From positions 1-55,658 of IMG/VR virus record IMGVR_UViG_3300012157_000002: a DNA stretch of 55,658 nucleotides; one strand, written 5' to 3'. Below are positions 45,212 to 55,084 of this stretch, one piece after another (the first letter of the stretch is position 1; each line of letters opens with the position of its first letter). The position numbers were made by a program, and so were the translations under genes. Under the pieces are notes generated by a model, which was not told where the DNA came from, did no database searches, and saw only the letters and a program-made list of their open reading frames with translations. This DNA comes from a virus (Duplodnaviria; Caudoviricetes).

Positions 45212-47191
45212 TCAACCCGAGACCTCCACCAATTCGCCATCCCCGCACACCGATTCGTCATTGAGGGCGTCAACAAGTTCACCCATAGTCAATAATTCAA
45301 GACGCCTGTTCTCACGCACCACGTCGATAACACGCTGGTCGGATGGGAGATGGATCAGATCAACAATCTGACAACCTAGGTTTTCATCCATCCCTTTGCG
45401 GTGGACCCTATCTTCTGCTTGCGATCTATACTCAGGTTTGAAGCTGTTGCTATAAAAGCAGGCCACGCTCGCCTCTACCAAAGTCAGTCCCATTCCGCCG
45501 CTCTCCGGGTGCGCAACGAACACTACCTTGGCGTTGTCTCTGTTGGACCAGTATTCGAGCGCATCTTCGCGCGGCAGTTGTTCGATCTTATTGTCTGACG
45601 TGATCCTGAAGACCAGGAAGCCACGGCCATCACAGCGAACAACATCCCACTTCTTTTGCAGGCAGATATTCACACAGCGATCAACACTGCCGGTGAAACC
45701 CGCGAACAGAACCATGCGCCCCTGCTCTTCGCACTCTTCGAGCAGTTGGACTACCGCAGCTTCCTTCGGGCAGGGGATTTCCCGAGTGATTCGGATGTAC
45801 TTCTTGACCTCTTTATCGCCACCGCACGCAGGGCAGGTGACTTCCGCCTTCTCAAGGCGGGTGACGACATCCGGGTCCATCATGTCAACGCACGAGTACA
45901 CCCGGTCCGGGTCTTCGGGATCGGTCCACTCGGAGACAAGGCCCGTCTTGGCACAGTGCGTGCAAGGCGTCATCCCGTCTTCCTGCTGGCGGTACTGGAA
46001 GCCGTCCGACAATTCGCGTAGCAGAGTCAAACCACCAACAGCGTTCTCGGCCGAATCCACCAACGCCTGGGCGACACGCAGAGTGGACTTGCTTGGCTTG
46101 CAGAAGATCGTTCGGTACTGCTTGTCCGGGAGGTCCAGGCAGTCCTTCTTATGCTTCACCACGACGAGGCCCGCGAGGCGCTCGTGCATGAGGGCGACTT
46201 CGTTTACGCTTTCCTCGAACTTGTGGTCTGCCCCCTGGGTCATCTCGCCGGTGTTCTCGTCGAACTTGGCTTCGTGCTCGGGTTCAAACTTGCCGCATTT
46301 ATGGCACTTGCGTTCGTCGTCCTTCCAGCCTTGCCGTTTGAAGTGAGCGCCAGAGTCGTACTCTTCCAGTGCGAGGAACGCGAGCCGCTGTTCGAGCGAC
46401 TTCGGCGTCCCTTCCTTCAGGAAGCCGGGGTAGGCGATCTCAGCCTGCGCCCACCAATCGACTGGCGATTTTGGCGACGGCGTGCCTGACATCAGGATCA
46501 CATAGCCGTCGTAGCCGTAATGCTGCCGGATAAGATCGGCGAGCATCTGAGCGGCCTTGGTCCGCTGGCTGGTCGCCGTCTTCAGACGAGAAGACTCGTC
46601 AAAGATCACGCCCATCGGCGGCTTCTCACCCTTCGGCCAGCGATCCATCAGGGTCGCCAGGGCATCGTAAGTCATCAGTGTGACCTTGATGCTCGGGTCG
46701 AGCTTCCACTTCTTGAACTCGCGTTCGATGGCCTTAAGAGCGGACTTCGGACCACACCAAATCCATTCCTTGATCCCTGACTCTTCCATTACGGTAATGG
46801 CAGCCAGCGTCTTGCCGGTGCCCATCTCTGCCGCCCAAATCTGGAAGTGGTACGCCAAAGCATTGTCCACCAGATCGCACTGGTGAAGCATTAACGGCCG
46901 GCGGTACTTGCCAACCTTCTTCTCACGATCGAACCATGCATATGGGTTCTCGCCCTTCAGGTATGAAAGCTGGAACCGATTGCGATAGCAGTCTTCTATC
47001 GACCAGAGCTTGCGGGGCTGATCGTCGTAGCCATGCCACTTCGCGCCCTTCATCGCCTTGATCTCGTCTTTCAGCGCGAAAGGCGATTCAAGGAACTCGA
47101 TCCGACCATCAATGAACCGAATGGTGGCCGGATGCTTTAAGCGGCGACCTTTGCGAGTCTCGGTGATTAGCTTGATCTCTTCGACAGTCAT
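45212..47191 (-). CDS. SNF2-like superfamily 2 helicase
   Basis: EMGTGKT, FDES, SGTP, GLTL, QAEDRVHRKG; CxxC insertions. Confidence 0.9.
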   Translation of the reverse strand: MTVEEIKLITETRKGRRLKHPATIRFIDGRIEFLESPFALKDEIKAMKGAKWHGYDDQPRKLWSIEDCYRNRFQLSYLKGENPYAWFDREKKVGKYRRPLMLHQCDLVDNALAYHFQIWAAEMGTGKTLAAITVMEESGIKEWIWCGPKSALKAIEREFKKWKLDPSIKVTLMTYDALATLMDRWPKGEKPPMGVIFDESSRLKTATSQRTKAAQMLADLIRQHYGYDGYVILMSGTPSPKSPVDWWAQAEIAYPGFLKEGTPKSLEQRLAFLALEEYDSGAHFKRQGWKDDERKCHKCGKFEPEHEAKFDENTGEMTQGADHKFEESVNEVALMHERLAGLVVVKHKKDCLDLPDKQYRTIFCKPSKSTLRVAQALVDSAENAVGGLTLLRELSDGFQYRQQEDGMTPCTHCAKTGLVSEWTDPEDPDRVYSCVDMMDPDVVTRLEKAEVTCPACGGDKEVKKYIRITREIPCPKEAAVVQLLEECEEQGRMVLFAGFTGSVDRCVNICLQKKWDVVRCDGRGFLVFRITSDNKIEQLPREDALEYWSNRDNAKVVFVAHPESGGMGLTLVEASVACFYSNSFKPEYRSQAEDRVHRKGMDENLGCQIVDLIHLPSDQRVIDVVRENRRLELLTMGELVDALNDESVCGDGELVEVSG

Positions 47192-47700
47192 TTCCGCTCC
47201 AATAAGAACAACCGACCCTCGGATGCCCACTTCTTGTTGAAGTCCGACCACGGGTTGAGGTTGACCGACTCGAAGTGGGACATGATTTGGCAGTACAAAC
47301 CCTGCACTGCGCCGCCCTTCCGCGTGCCGGTTACGACGGCATCACGCCACTGGGCGAGAGTCCCCGAGACGAGAGTGAGTTGAGCACCGCGAGCTTGCGT
47401 TTCGGTCGTGACGAATGGCATCCCGGCGGCGCACTCCAGGATGTCGAGCGTGTCGAACTCGTCCGCGATGATGAGCACCGAGAACGAGACGTGTGTGAGT
47501 AGGTTCGGCGTCAAGCCAGCCGGAGCGTATTGGTCACGCAGGGCGGCGAGGCACGAAAGAAATCTCTCCGCAGGATGTTGGTCTCGACGCGACTCGTCAC
47601 TCGCTGTGGCTATGGAATAACCCAACGCCTGATGCGAGATCGTCAGCAACGTCTTGAAGTCAATCGACGGCTGAGTGATGAGAACAGATACAGGGATCAT
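47188..47700 (-). CDS. hypothetical protein, possibly a degenerate ThyX-like fold
   Basis: LLTHVSFS and SGTLAQWR resemble ThyX segments, but the RHR signature is absent. Confidence 0.45.
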   Translation of the reverse strand: MIPVSVLITQPSIDFKTLLTISHQALGYSIATASDESRRDQHPAERFLSCLAALRDQYAPAGLTPNLLTHVSFSVLIIADEFDTLDILECAAGMPFVTTETQARGAQLTLVSGTLAQWRDAVVTGTRKGGAVQGLYCQIMSHFESVNLNPWSDFNKKWASEGRLFLLERK

Positions 47701-47710
47701 GCGACCTGCG

Positions 47711-47747
47711 AGAAGAAAGGCCGGGCGGCCCTTGAGAGCCGCCCGGC
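47711..47747 (-). terminator. intrinsic terminator/attenuator
   Basis: GCCGGGCGGC/GCCGCCCGGC stem followed by CTTTCTTCT. Confidence 0.65.
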
Positions 47748-47771
47748 GCACAACAGGAGAGGCTGTTGGAA

Positions 47772-48524
47772 TTACCGGCGACGTTTCTTGGTGTCAGCCA
47801 CCGGAGCGGGTTCGGTCTCAACTTCGCTGCCGCGAGCGGTAACGAACTTGGCGACCTCGGCGTAGATGTCCGCTTCCTTGGGCATCTTCGAGAACGGAGT
47901 CGAGCACTTCAGCACGATCGGAACGTGCCACGAGTAGGTGCCCTTCTCAACCAGCTTGGACTTCAGCGTCATCGGCAGAGGGCCGTGCGGTTCCATCTTC
48001 GAGACATCGTTGCCGGCCGCAGCCAGTCGTTCGATGTCGGCCGAACTCAGAGGCAGGAAGGGAGCAATCTTGCCCGCCTCCGGCCGAGTCGATTTCGTGC
48101 CGCAGAAGAATTCGAGGAACTGACCGGTGGTCCGTTCGATGACCAGGAACGAGATGCCGTACATGCAGCCCGAGTCCTTGCCGCCGGCGCGGGCAGCGAT
48201 GTCCTTGAAGGTGTCGGACTGGGCGTCATAGGAAGTGATGATCGCTTCCTTGTCGCTCATGTCGATCGCCTTCGGCCGGCGGGTCAGGGGGAGCACGTCA
48301 ATAGAGTCACCAAGGACCAGGATCGTGTCTTCGCCTTCGGGGATGCCATACTCGCCGGGGCCGATCAGCCGTTTGTTGACTGCGGTGCCCTTCGTGTAGA
48401 GTTGCAGTCGGCTGAGGAAGCCTGCGCCTTTGCCAAGGCGATCGAAGTCTTCCTGCGATGCGAACTGCGTCGAAGGCAATTGATTGAGATCGAGATTCAC
48501 GGGGACCAAAGAACTATTACTCAC
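47772..48524 (-). CDS. putative ssDNA-binding/replication protein
   Basis: position upstream of the helicase, beta-rich sequence; function is inference only. Confidence 0.5.
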   Translation of the reverse strand: MSNSSLVPVNLDLNQLPSTQFASQEDFDRLGKGAGFLSRLQLYTKGTAVNKRLIGPGEYGIPEGEDTILVLGDSIDVLPLTRRPKAIDMSDKEAIITSYDAQSDTFKDIAARAGGKDSGCMYGISFLVIERTTGQFLEFFCGTKSTRPEAGKIAPFLPLSSADIERLAAAGNDVSKMEPHGPLPMTLKSKLVEKGTYSWHVPIVLKCSTPFSKMPKEADIYAEVAKFVTARGSEVETEPAPVADTKKRRR

Positions 48525-48558
48525 TTTGCAAAACCTCAGAGAAAAGAAAACAGAAGAG

Positions 48559-49479
48559 TCAATCAGGTGGGTTGTCAGATTCGATTAGTTTTTGATAGGA
48601 GTCCCTTTCGATGCGTTGTGTTTGTTGGCGTTTAGTAGCGGCCTTCTGCTGTTTCTGGATGCTGTCTTCGTCGATGTTCGCGGCCCATCTCAGGGCGGCG
48701 TCCCAGGCGGCCATAGGCGTGCAGTCGCCACGCAGGACGAACTCGGCACCGAACTTGTGCGTCTCGATCTCTTCGAGAACCCGCTTCAGCGGTCGCAGGT
48801 AAGGTTGCGGTTTGAACTCGGCGACGAAGGCCGCTTCGAGCTTGCCGTTCCTTGCCGCCTCCATGACGGCTCGGATCACTGACTGCGCCAGGGCCTCAAA
48901 CTCGGCCGTGGGCATGTGCATGGCGTAATCGACGTATTGCTTCTGCAATGACGCCGGAATCTTCGCCAGCATGTAGGCGTTGCAGAGTGGGAGTTCGTCC
49001 CGCTCGACTCGCCTCTGGTTGTCTTTGTGCAGGTTGAGAAGCGAGAGTGTCTTGGCGATCCAGCCGACCTCGCGGCCGACCATCACCGACATCTGGCTCA
49101 TCGTGATGTCGGGCATCAACTTCTGGATGCGCCGCATCTGCTTCGCGAACTCCACCGGCGTTGTTTCGCGGCGGACAGCGTTGGCTTGAATCTGCGAAGC
49201 GAGGACTTCTTCGTCCGTCATCCCGCGATGAATGGTCGCCGGGATGTGTGTCTTGCCTAACTCTCGGAAGGCCGTCAGACGGTACATACCATCAACGACC
49301 TCGTACTTACCTGGCCAGCGTTCGCTGGGTCGCACAGAGATCGAGTTCAGGAGCCGTACACGGCAGGTGTCTCGAACCTGGAGGTACTCGATGGAGTTGA
49401 CGTTGATCGGTCGTAGGAGAACCCACGGATCAACGATCTCTTCGAGCGGTAGGAGTCGGCATTCGGCGTCGTTGTCCAC
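48559..49479 (-). CDS. ParB/Srx-like domain protein (second copy)
   Basis: LLNSISVRP, YEVVDGMYRL.A, AN..R, HTH. Confidence 0.8.
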   Translation of the reverse strand: MDNDAECRLLPLEEIVDPWVLLRPINVNSIEYLQVRDTCRVRLLNSISVRPSERWPGKYEVVDGMYRLTAFRELGKTHIPATIHRGMTDEEVLASQIQANAVRRETTPVEFAKQMRRIQKLMPDITMSQMSVMVGREVGWIAKTLSLLNLHKDNQRRVERDELPLCNAYMLAKIPASLQKQYVDYAMHMPTAEFEALAQSVIRAVMEAARNGKLEAAFVAEFKPQPYLRPLKRVLEEIETHKFGAEFVLRGDCTPMAAWDAALRWAANIDEDSIQKQQKAATKRQQTQRIERDSYQKLIESDNPPD

Positions 49480-49482
49480 ACG

Positions 49483-49772
49483 CTCTTACTATGTGCGGAT
49501 TGACCGGCCAAGTTCAGAGCAAGTATCTAGGTATGGCCGATTGGTCGATTTACCGATTCTTCTGATTTAGGTCTACATCAGGATTGCAGCGATCAAATGA
49601 TCCTTATCAATGTTTTGGGGAAGAGTAATTGAGTAAATCCATAACTTCTAAGTACGTAACTCGTTTTGCAGTCACGACTTAGATGCTGTGACCGTTACAA
49701 CCGGACCGGGCCACAATCGGCAACCCAGTCACGTTTTGTGAACGGCAGGGCGTTATCCGCACATAGTAAGAG
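49483..49772. repeat. 18-bp perfect inverted repeat bounding the divergent intergenic region
   Basis: CTCTTACTATGTGCGGAT at 49483-49500 and ATCCGCACATAGTAAGAG at 49755-49772. Confidence 0.9.
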
Positions 49773-49796
49773 TGACTCAACGAACTAGGTACGATA

Positions 49797-50261
49797 TTGA
49801 GACCGCCAACCCGAATCAACCTGTCTACCGCACAGCAAGAGCAGTTCCACAGCCTCGTGGATCGCTCGGACGAGCAGCCAACGGCCTGCTGGGAGTGGCA
49901 AGGCGACTTCTTCAAGAACGGCTACGGTCAGTTCGTAATTCCTGGGTCATCGGTTGCCGCACATCGAGCCGCTTTCTGGCTCAAACACCGACGCCAACCG
50001 AAGGACAAAGTTCTTCACGAATGCGACAACCCAGCCTGCTGCCGACCGGACCATCTGTTTGAGGGCACATCCCAGGACAACATCCAGGACTGTATCCAGA
50101 AAGGTCGTTGGCGATTCACGGTCCCGATCACAAAACTGACCCCAGAACAGAAACAACTAGCCATCACATCGAAGACTCCTGCGTGGAAGCTCGCAAGGGA
50201 CTTTGGATGTTCACCGCACAACATCTGGAGAATCCGACGAGAAGATGCCAACCGCCGTTAG
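49797..50261 (+). CDS. HNH homing endonuclease
   Basis: CWEWQG...GYG...AHR...LHECDNPACCRPDHL..GT..DN..D. Confidence 0.9.
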   Translation: MRPPTRINLSTAQQEQFHSLVDRSDEQPTACWEWQGDFFKNGYGQFVIPGSSVAAHRAAFWLKHRRQPKDKVLHECDNPACCRPDHLFEGTSQDNIQDCIQKGRWRFTVPITKLTPEQKQLAITSKTPAWKLARDFGCSPHNIWRIRREDANRR

Positions 50262-52962
50262 CTCAGTCATCGCCTTCCTGAAGGCCAAGATCACGAAGGG
50301 GACACACCACGGTCCCGACCTTCTCGAACGCTTCCTGCGTTACGGGAAGGACATGGAAGTCCAGGTCAACGTCCACTCCGCAGACGGCGAACCAGTCGCC
50401 GGCAAGCGGTCCACGTTCACGGACGGTATCAATACGTGGTTCAACTACCGCATCCCGAAGAACGCAGCGACCACGCCAGAGTTCGACGACTACGAACTGA
50501 AGTGGCCGCTGGACAACTACGCCGTGGGCGTGGGGTCCACGGGCTGGGACTGGAAGAACCGCCGCTCTCGCTGGGTCGGGTTCGACTTCGACTCCATCGT
50601 CGGCCATGCGGCCGGCGTGGGTGTATCAAAGGATCAACTCGATAGGGTCCGCGAAGCCGCACAAGCCCTGCCCTACGTCGAAGCTCGCCGGTCCACCGGC
50701 GGCGCGGGCCTGCATCTTTACGTCGTCCTAGACGATGAAGGCGTGGAGACAAAGAACCATGACGAGCACGCGGCCCTAGCTCGCTGCATCCTCGGCTGTA
50801 TGAGCCGTGACGCTGGCTTCGACTTCCAGACACAGATCGACGCCTGTGGCGGCAATATGTGGCTCTGGCACAAGAAGAGCACGACGGAGAACGAAGGTCT
50901 CAAGCTCATCAAGCCGGCGGCGACCGCCTTCACGCAGGACATGCTGCCAGCCAACTGGACCGATCACATCGACGTTGTGACCCGAAAGCGTGCTAAGGTC
51001 CGCCTGGACGGCGTGACTGACACAGACGAAGACGTGTTCGAGCAACTCTCGACCGCTCATCGTCGGGTGTCGCTCGATGACAAACACAAGCTCATCATGG
51101 ACGCCATTGCCGAGATGGGCATCGTCTGTGTGTGGGTCGCGGATCACCATCTGCTTCAGACGCATACCATCGGCTTCGCCAGGCTGATGGAACGCAAGGA
51201 AGAACTTGGGCTGGAAGGCGTCTTCCAAACCAACTCGAAGGGTGCCGACCTCGCCACGGCAAACTGCTTTGCGTTTCCGATGGATCACGGCGGCTGGCGG
51301 ATCAACCGCTTCGGCCGTGGTTCCGCTGAAGCTCCGACCTGGGAGCAAGACGGCACAGGATACACCACATGCGGATTCAACATCCGCCCTACGTTAAAGG
51401 TCGCCGCACGCGCCCTCGGCGGCCGGGAACTGAGTAAGGGCGGCTACGAGTTCTCCAGCCTAGAGGTCGCCGCCAAGGTGGCCGAGGCGATCAACCCCGA
51501 GACCAAGATCGACGTTGACGAGAACTTGAAGGATCGCAAAGCGATCATTCGGAAGACGAAAGATGGAAAGCTCGCCATCGAGATTCCGAAGGACAAGCGA
51601 GACCCAGACGAGATGGGTCAGTGGAACAGCAGCGACAAGAAGAACGCCTGGACACAGGTTTACAACAACATAGTCGCCGAGCCGGTGAAGCTGGAGATTT
51701 CGGACTACGACCAACTACTCAGAAATATGGAGACCGTGAACGGCGAGCACGCTGGCTGGTCCACGAAGAAGCCGGACGGCGGCTGGACCAGCAAGCCCTT
51801 CAGCGAGATCAAGATCATTCTTCAGGCCCGAGGGCACGCGAAGCCAGAGGCCGAGCAGATCATGGGTCGATACGCGGAGCGTCCGTGGAAGCTGGTCATG
51901 CTGCCCTTCCAGGACGAGTATCCCGGCAACCGGCAATGGAACAGGAACGCCCCTCAGTACCGCTTTCAGCCCGCGCCACGGATCGAGGGCGATGGTTCCT
52001 TGCATCCGCACTGGGACATCGTTCTGAACCACATCGGCCAGGGATTAGATTCCTACCTGCGTGATCTCGACTGGGCGAAGTCCGCCAGCATCCGCCGGGG
52101 CGGCGATTACCTACGGGCAATCTTCGCCTCCATCCTGCGGGAGCCATACACTCCAACGCCATACGTCTTCTTGTTCGGACCCGAGAACTCGGGCAAGTCG
52201 ATCATCCACGAAGCGTTTGGGTTGCTGGTGACACGAGGCGTCGTCAAGGCAGACCGATCATTGACGAACCAGTCTGGGTTCAACGGCGAACTGGACGGCG
52301 CGATCCTCTGCGTGGTCGAAGAAACCGACGTGTCGAAAGCCTCGGGATCGCTGGAAAAAATCAAGGATGCTGTGACCAGCCCACGGTTGTCGGTTCGGAA
52401 GATGCGGACCGACAGCTACATGACCGAGAACATGACACACTGGGTTCAGTGTGCTCAGAAGCCGGAGATGGTTCCTGTCTTCGAGGGCGATACGCGCATC
52501 ACCATGATGTACGTGCCCAAGCCGGACAAGGACATACCCAAGCAGTTCCTCATGGAGCGACTGGAAGAAGAGGCCCCGCACTTCATGCGGACCCTTCTGG
52601 ATATGGAACTGCCACCGCTTATGGGCCGGCTTCGGATACCCGTCGTGAACACGGCACACAAGCAACGCGCAGAGCAGCTTAACCGCTCGCCGCTCGAAGT
52701 GTTCGTCGGTGAACATCTCCACGAAGCACCGGGCCACCTGATCCCGTTCTCCGAGTTCTACGAACGGTTCAAGGTTTGGCTGCCAACGGAAGAGCAGCAC
52801 AACTGGACGCAGATCAAGACCACTCGCGGCCTGCCATTGAAATTCCAGACCGGTCGAGGCAACGCCAGCAAGGTGTTCCTCATCAACTGCTCATGGGACG
52901 CCAACGCAACGGCCGACAAGCCCCTCGTCGTCGTCGAGGGGAGGATTCGGAAAACGGGTTAA
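50245..52962 (+). CDS. primase-polymerase (AEP-like) fused to an SF3/D5-like helicase
   Basis: GFDFD and STGGAGLHLY; GPENSGKS Walker A, VVEE Walker B, FN.EL. Confidence 0.85.
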   Translation: MPTAVSSVIAFLKAKITKGTHHGPDLLERFLRYGKDMEVQVNVHSADGEPVAGKRSTFTDGINTWFNYRIPKNAATTPEFDDYELKWPLDNYAVGVGSTGWDWKNRRSRWVGFDFDSIVGHAAGVGVSKDQLDRVREAAQALPYVEARRSTGGAGLHLYVVLDDEGVETKNHDEHAALARCILGCMSRDAGFDFQTQIDACGGNMWLWHKKSTTENEGLKLIKPAATAFTQDMLPANWTDHIDVVTRKRAKVRLDGVTDTDEDVFEQLSTAHRRVSLDDKHKLIMDAIAEMGIVCVWVADHHLLQTHTIGFARLMERKEELGLEGVFQTNSKGADLATANCFAFPMDHGGWRINRFGRGSAEAPTWEQDGTGYTTCGFNIRPTLKVAARALGGRELSKGGYEFSSLEVAAKVAEAINPETKIDVDENLKDRKAIIRKTKDGKLAIEIPKDKRDPDEMGQWNSSDKKNAWTQVYNNIVAEPVKLEISDYDQLLRNMETVNGEHAGWSTKKPDGGWTSKPFSEIKIILQARGHAKPEAEQIMGRYAERPWKLVMLPFQDEYPGNRQWNRNAPQYRFQPAPRIEGDGSLHPHWDIVLNHIGQGLDSYLRDLDWAKSASIRRGGDYLRAIFASILREPYTPTPYVFLFGPENSGKSIIHEAFGLLVTRGVVKADRSLTNQSGFNGELDGAILCVVEETDVSKASGSLEKIKDAVTSPRLSVRKMRTDSYMTENMTHWVQCAQKPEMVPVFEGDTRITMMYVPKPDKDIPKQFLMERLEEEAPHFMRTLLDMELPPLMGRLRIPVVNTAHKQRAEQLNRSPLEVFVGEHLHEAPGHLIPFSEFYERFKVWLPTEEQHNWTQIKTTRGLPLKFQTGRGNASKVFLINCSWDANATADKPLVVVEGRIRKTG

Positions 52963-52964
52963 GC

Positions 52965-53210
52965 ATGGCGACGTTCTTCCCGGAGGAAGGACCAGCACGG
53001 CAAGTCGAGTCACCACTGACGCTGACGAAGCTGCAAACGCTGGTCAAAGGATTCATCAAGTTCATCGACATGCCTACGGGTGATGTCCTAGTCGTGAACG
53101 AGTCAGCGCCCGAGTTCGCTCGGATGAATGAGACGGCGACATCGCTCGCAGGGAGGGTTGGCCCCGTGTACGGAGACGCTGTTCTTTGTGACCCATCGGA
53201 AATCGCATGA
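52965..53210 (+). CDS. small conserved hypothetical protein (DUF3846-like)
   Basis: LQTLVKG.I, VVNE, N..AT, YGDAV. Confidence 0.65.
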   Translation: MATFFPEEGPARQVESPLTLTKLQTLVKGFIKFIDMPTGDVLVVNESAPEFARMNETATSLAGRVGPVYGDAVLCDPSEIA

Positions 53211-53860
53211 AAATCATCGGCCTCGGCCACTACTCTCGAACAGGCAAGGACACGTTCGCCAACGCAGCCGTTGCATGGTTCGCGGCCAACTCCAAACTGC
53301 GGGCGAAGAAGATTCCGTTCGCGTGGAAGCTCAAGCAAATCTGCCACGATCTCTATGCGTGGGACGGGATGCGAGAGCCGGAGTTCTACGACACCCTGGA
53401 TGGCGAGAAGTTCCGCGACATCCCGCTGCCGACCATCGGGAAGACCCCGGTGGAAATCTGGGTGGCGATGGGCACACCGGCCGTCCGACAGAACGTGTAC
53501 GAGCGGACGTGGATCGATTTCCTGCTCAAGAGTGACCATCAGTGCGACATCCTGGTGGTCCCCGACGTTCGCTTCCCGAACGAAGTGTCTGCCATCCGCG
53601 AGCTTGGCGGCACGGTCCAGAAGATCGTTCGTCCCGGTTACGGCCCGCGCAACACCGTTGCCGACAAGGCTCTGCTCGGCTACCGGGATTGGGACTACAT
53701 CTGGGGTGCCCACGGTGACATCGACAAACTGCGGGTCGAAGCCTACTGCATCGCGGCAGCCGTGTCCGGCCTCCACGACTGGCCCGTTCAAACCATCGAG
53801 CAGAAGGCGTATGCCCTCAGCGTCGAGAAGCTCTCTGATATTGGGAGGGTGGCCGCTTGA
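53207..53860 (+). CDS. deoxynucleoside monophosphate kinase
   Basis: IIGL...RTGKDT, FA..LK, GT...R, PDVRFPNE. Confidence 0.88.
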   Translation: MKIIGLGHYSRTGKDTFANAAVAWFAANSKLRAKKIPFAWKLKQICHDLYAWDGMREPEFYDTLDGEKFRDIPLPTIGKTPVEIWVAMGTPAVRQNVYERTWIDFLLKSDHQCDILVVPDVRFPNEVSAIRELGGTVQKIVRPGYGPRNTVADKALLGYRDWDYIWGAHGDIDKLRVEAYCIAAAVSGLHDWPVQTIEQKAYALSVEKLSDIGRVAA

Positions 53861-54477
53861 CCAAGATTCATTCTTCCATGCCGCATCTCAACGGTAACGT
53901 CGTTGCGGCCGTGGACTTCGAGACGACCGGGACCGTTGCGGGCTACCACGAGCCGATCCAGATAGCCGTGGTGGTTCTCGACTCCAATCTGAAGCCGGCT
54001 CCCGGCATCACACCGTTCTACCAATACATCCAGCCTCGGTTCCCAGAGCGAGCCGATCCGGCGGCGACCAAGGTTCACGGAATCGACATCGACCGGCTCA
54101 TGCTCGAAGAGCGGGAACCGGGCGATATCGAAGATATGCTCGTCGAATGGTGTAACTCACTCGAACTGCCCTTCGAGCGGCGACTGATTCCGCTGGCTCA
54201 CAACTGGCCGTTTGAACGGGACTTCTTAAAAGCGTGGCTCGGCGTCTCGCTATCGGAGAAGCTCTTCCACTATCACGCTCGGGACGGAATGACTTACGCC
54301 TTGGGCTTGAACGACAAGTCATTCTTCCGTGGGGAGAAGGCGATCTTCCGCAGCGTCGGCCTCACCGAATTGTGCAGTCACTTCGGGGTTGTAAACGCAC
54401 GGGCGCACGACGCCTTGAACGACGCTTTAGCTGAAGCCGAAGTGTACCGACATCTTCTAAACGTGGACGTACTGTAA
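53857..54477 (+). CDS. DEDDh 3'-5' exonuclease (DnaQ/RNase T-like)
   Basis: DFETTG, AHN..FERDFL, AHDALNDA. Confidence 0.92.
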   Translation: MTKIHSSMPHLNGNVVAAVDFETTGTVAGYHEPIQIAVVVLDSNLKPAPGITPFYQYIQPRFPERADPAATKVHGIDIDRLMLEEREPGDIEDMLVEWCNSLELPFERRLIPLAHNWPFERDFLKAWLGVSLSEKLFHYHARDGMTYALGLNDKSFFRGEKAIFRSVGLTELCSHFGVVNARAHDALNDALAEAEVYRHLLNVDVL

Positions 54478-55076
54478 TGCCTGCCTTCAAACGAACCGAC
54501 TGGAACGGCATCATTCAGCAGGTGAACGATGTGCTTCAGAATCCGCCCACGGGTTGCGATCCATTACCAACGATAGAGGAAGTGGGGCTAAAGCATCGGT
54601 GGTCGAAGGCGGACATCCAGGAAGTCCAGGACGCGCTAATCTCGACCTGCCCGGACATAACATTTGAGGCTATCCCCGAACTATGGAAGCAGTCGATCAT
54701 CGACGAGATCACGGACGCGATAGGGCAGGCTTGGTGTGACTGTGACTGCGACTTGGACCCAATCCCGTCTGAAGACGGTCTTGAATTCACGTTCTTTACA
54801 CAAGGGGCTGGGCCTCTCGTTGACCCACCGGATGAAGTTCTCCTGTCGTCGCTCATCAACGGGTTGACCCTGGGCGAACCTGGCATAGATGGCCGAACGT
54901 GGGCATTCTTCGAGCGCGTGAATTTGGGCGGCAACGAAATTGAGAGCGATGAGTTGGTTATCCAACCGCTCCCGTGTGATGGTATAGTCTTTTATAGCGG
55001 CAATGAAATGGTCGGTATTAGCACAATTGGCGAAGATATAACATTCAGTTACCATCTCCGCCTTCACAATCCCTAG
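54477..55076 (+). CDS. hypothetical acidic protein
   Basis: TAATG coupling to the exonuclease gene. Confidence 0.65.
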   Translation: MPAFKRTDWNGIIQQVNDVLQNPPTGCDPLPTIEEVGLKHRWSKADIQEVQDALISTCPDITFEAIPELWKQSIIDEITDAIGQAWCDCDCDLDPIPSEDGLEFTFFTQGAGPLVDPPDEVLLSSLINGLTLGEPGIDGRTWAFFERVNLGGNEIESDELVIQPLPCDGIVFYSGNEMVGISTIGEDITFSYHLRLHNP

Positions 55077-55084
55077 GGTGCCGC

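Noticed and set aside
912-46346. many long plus-strand ORFs (e.g. 1425-2219, 11443-12309, 29493-30590, 38608-40044)
   Set aside because: Antisense shadows of well-supported minus-strand genes, expected in GC-rich DNA.
47188-47700. functional thymidylate synthase ThyX
   Set aside because: The RHRxxxxxxxS catalytic signature is absent; there is only faint similarity.
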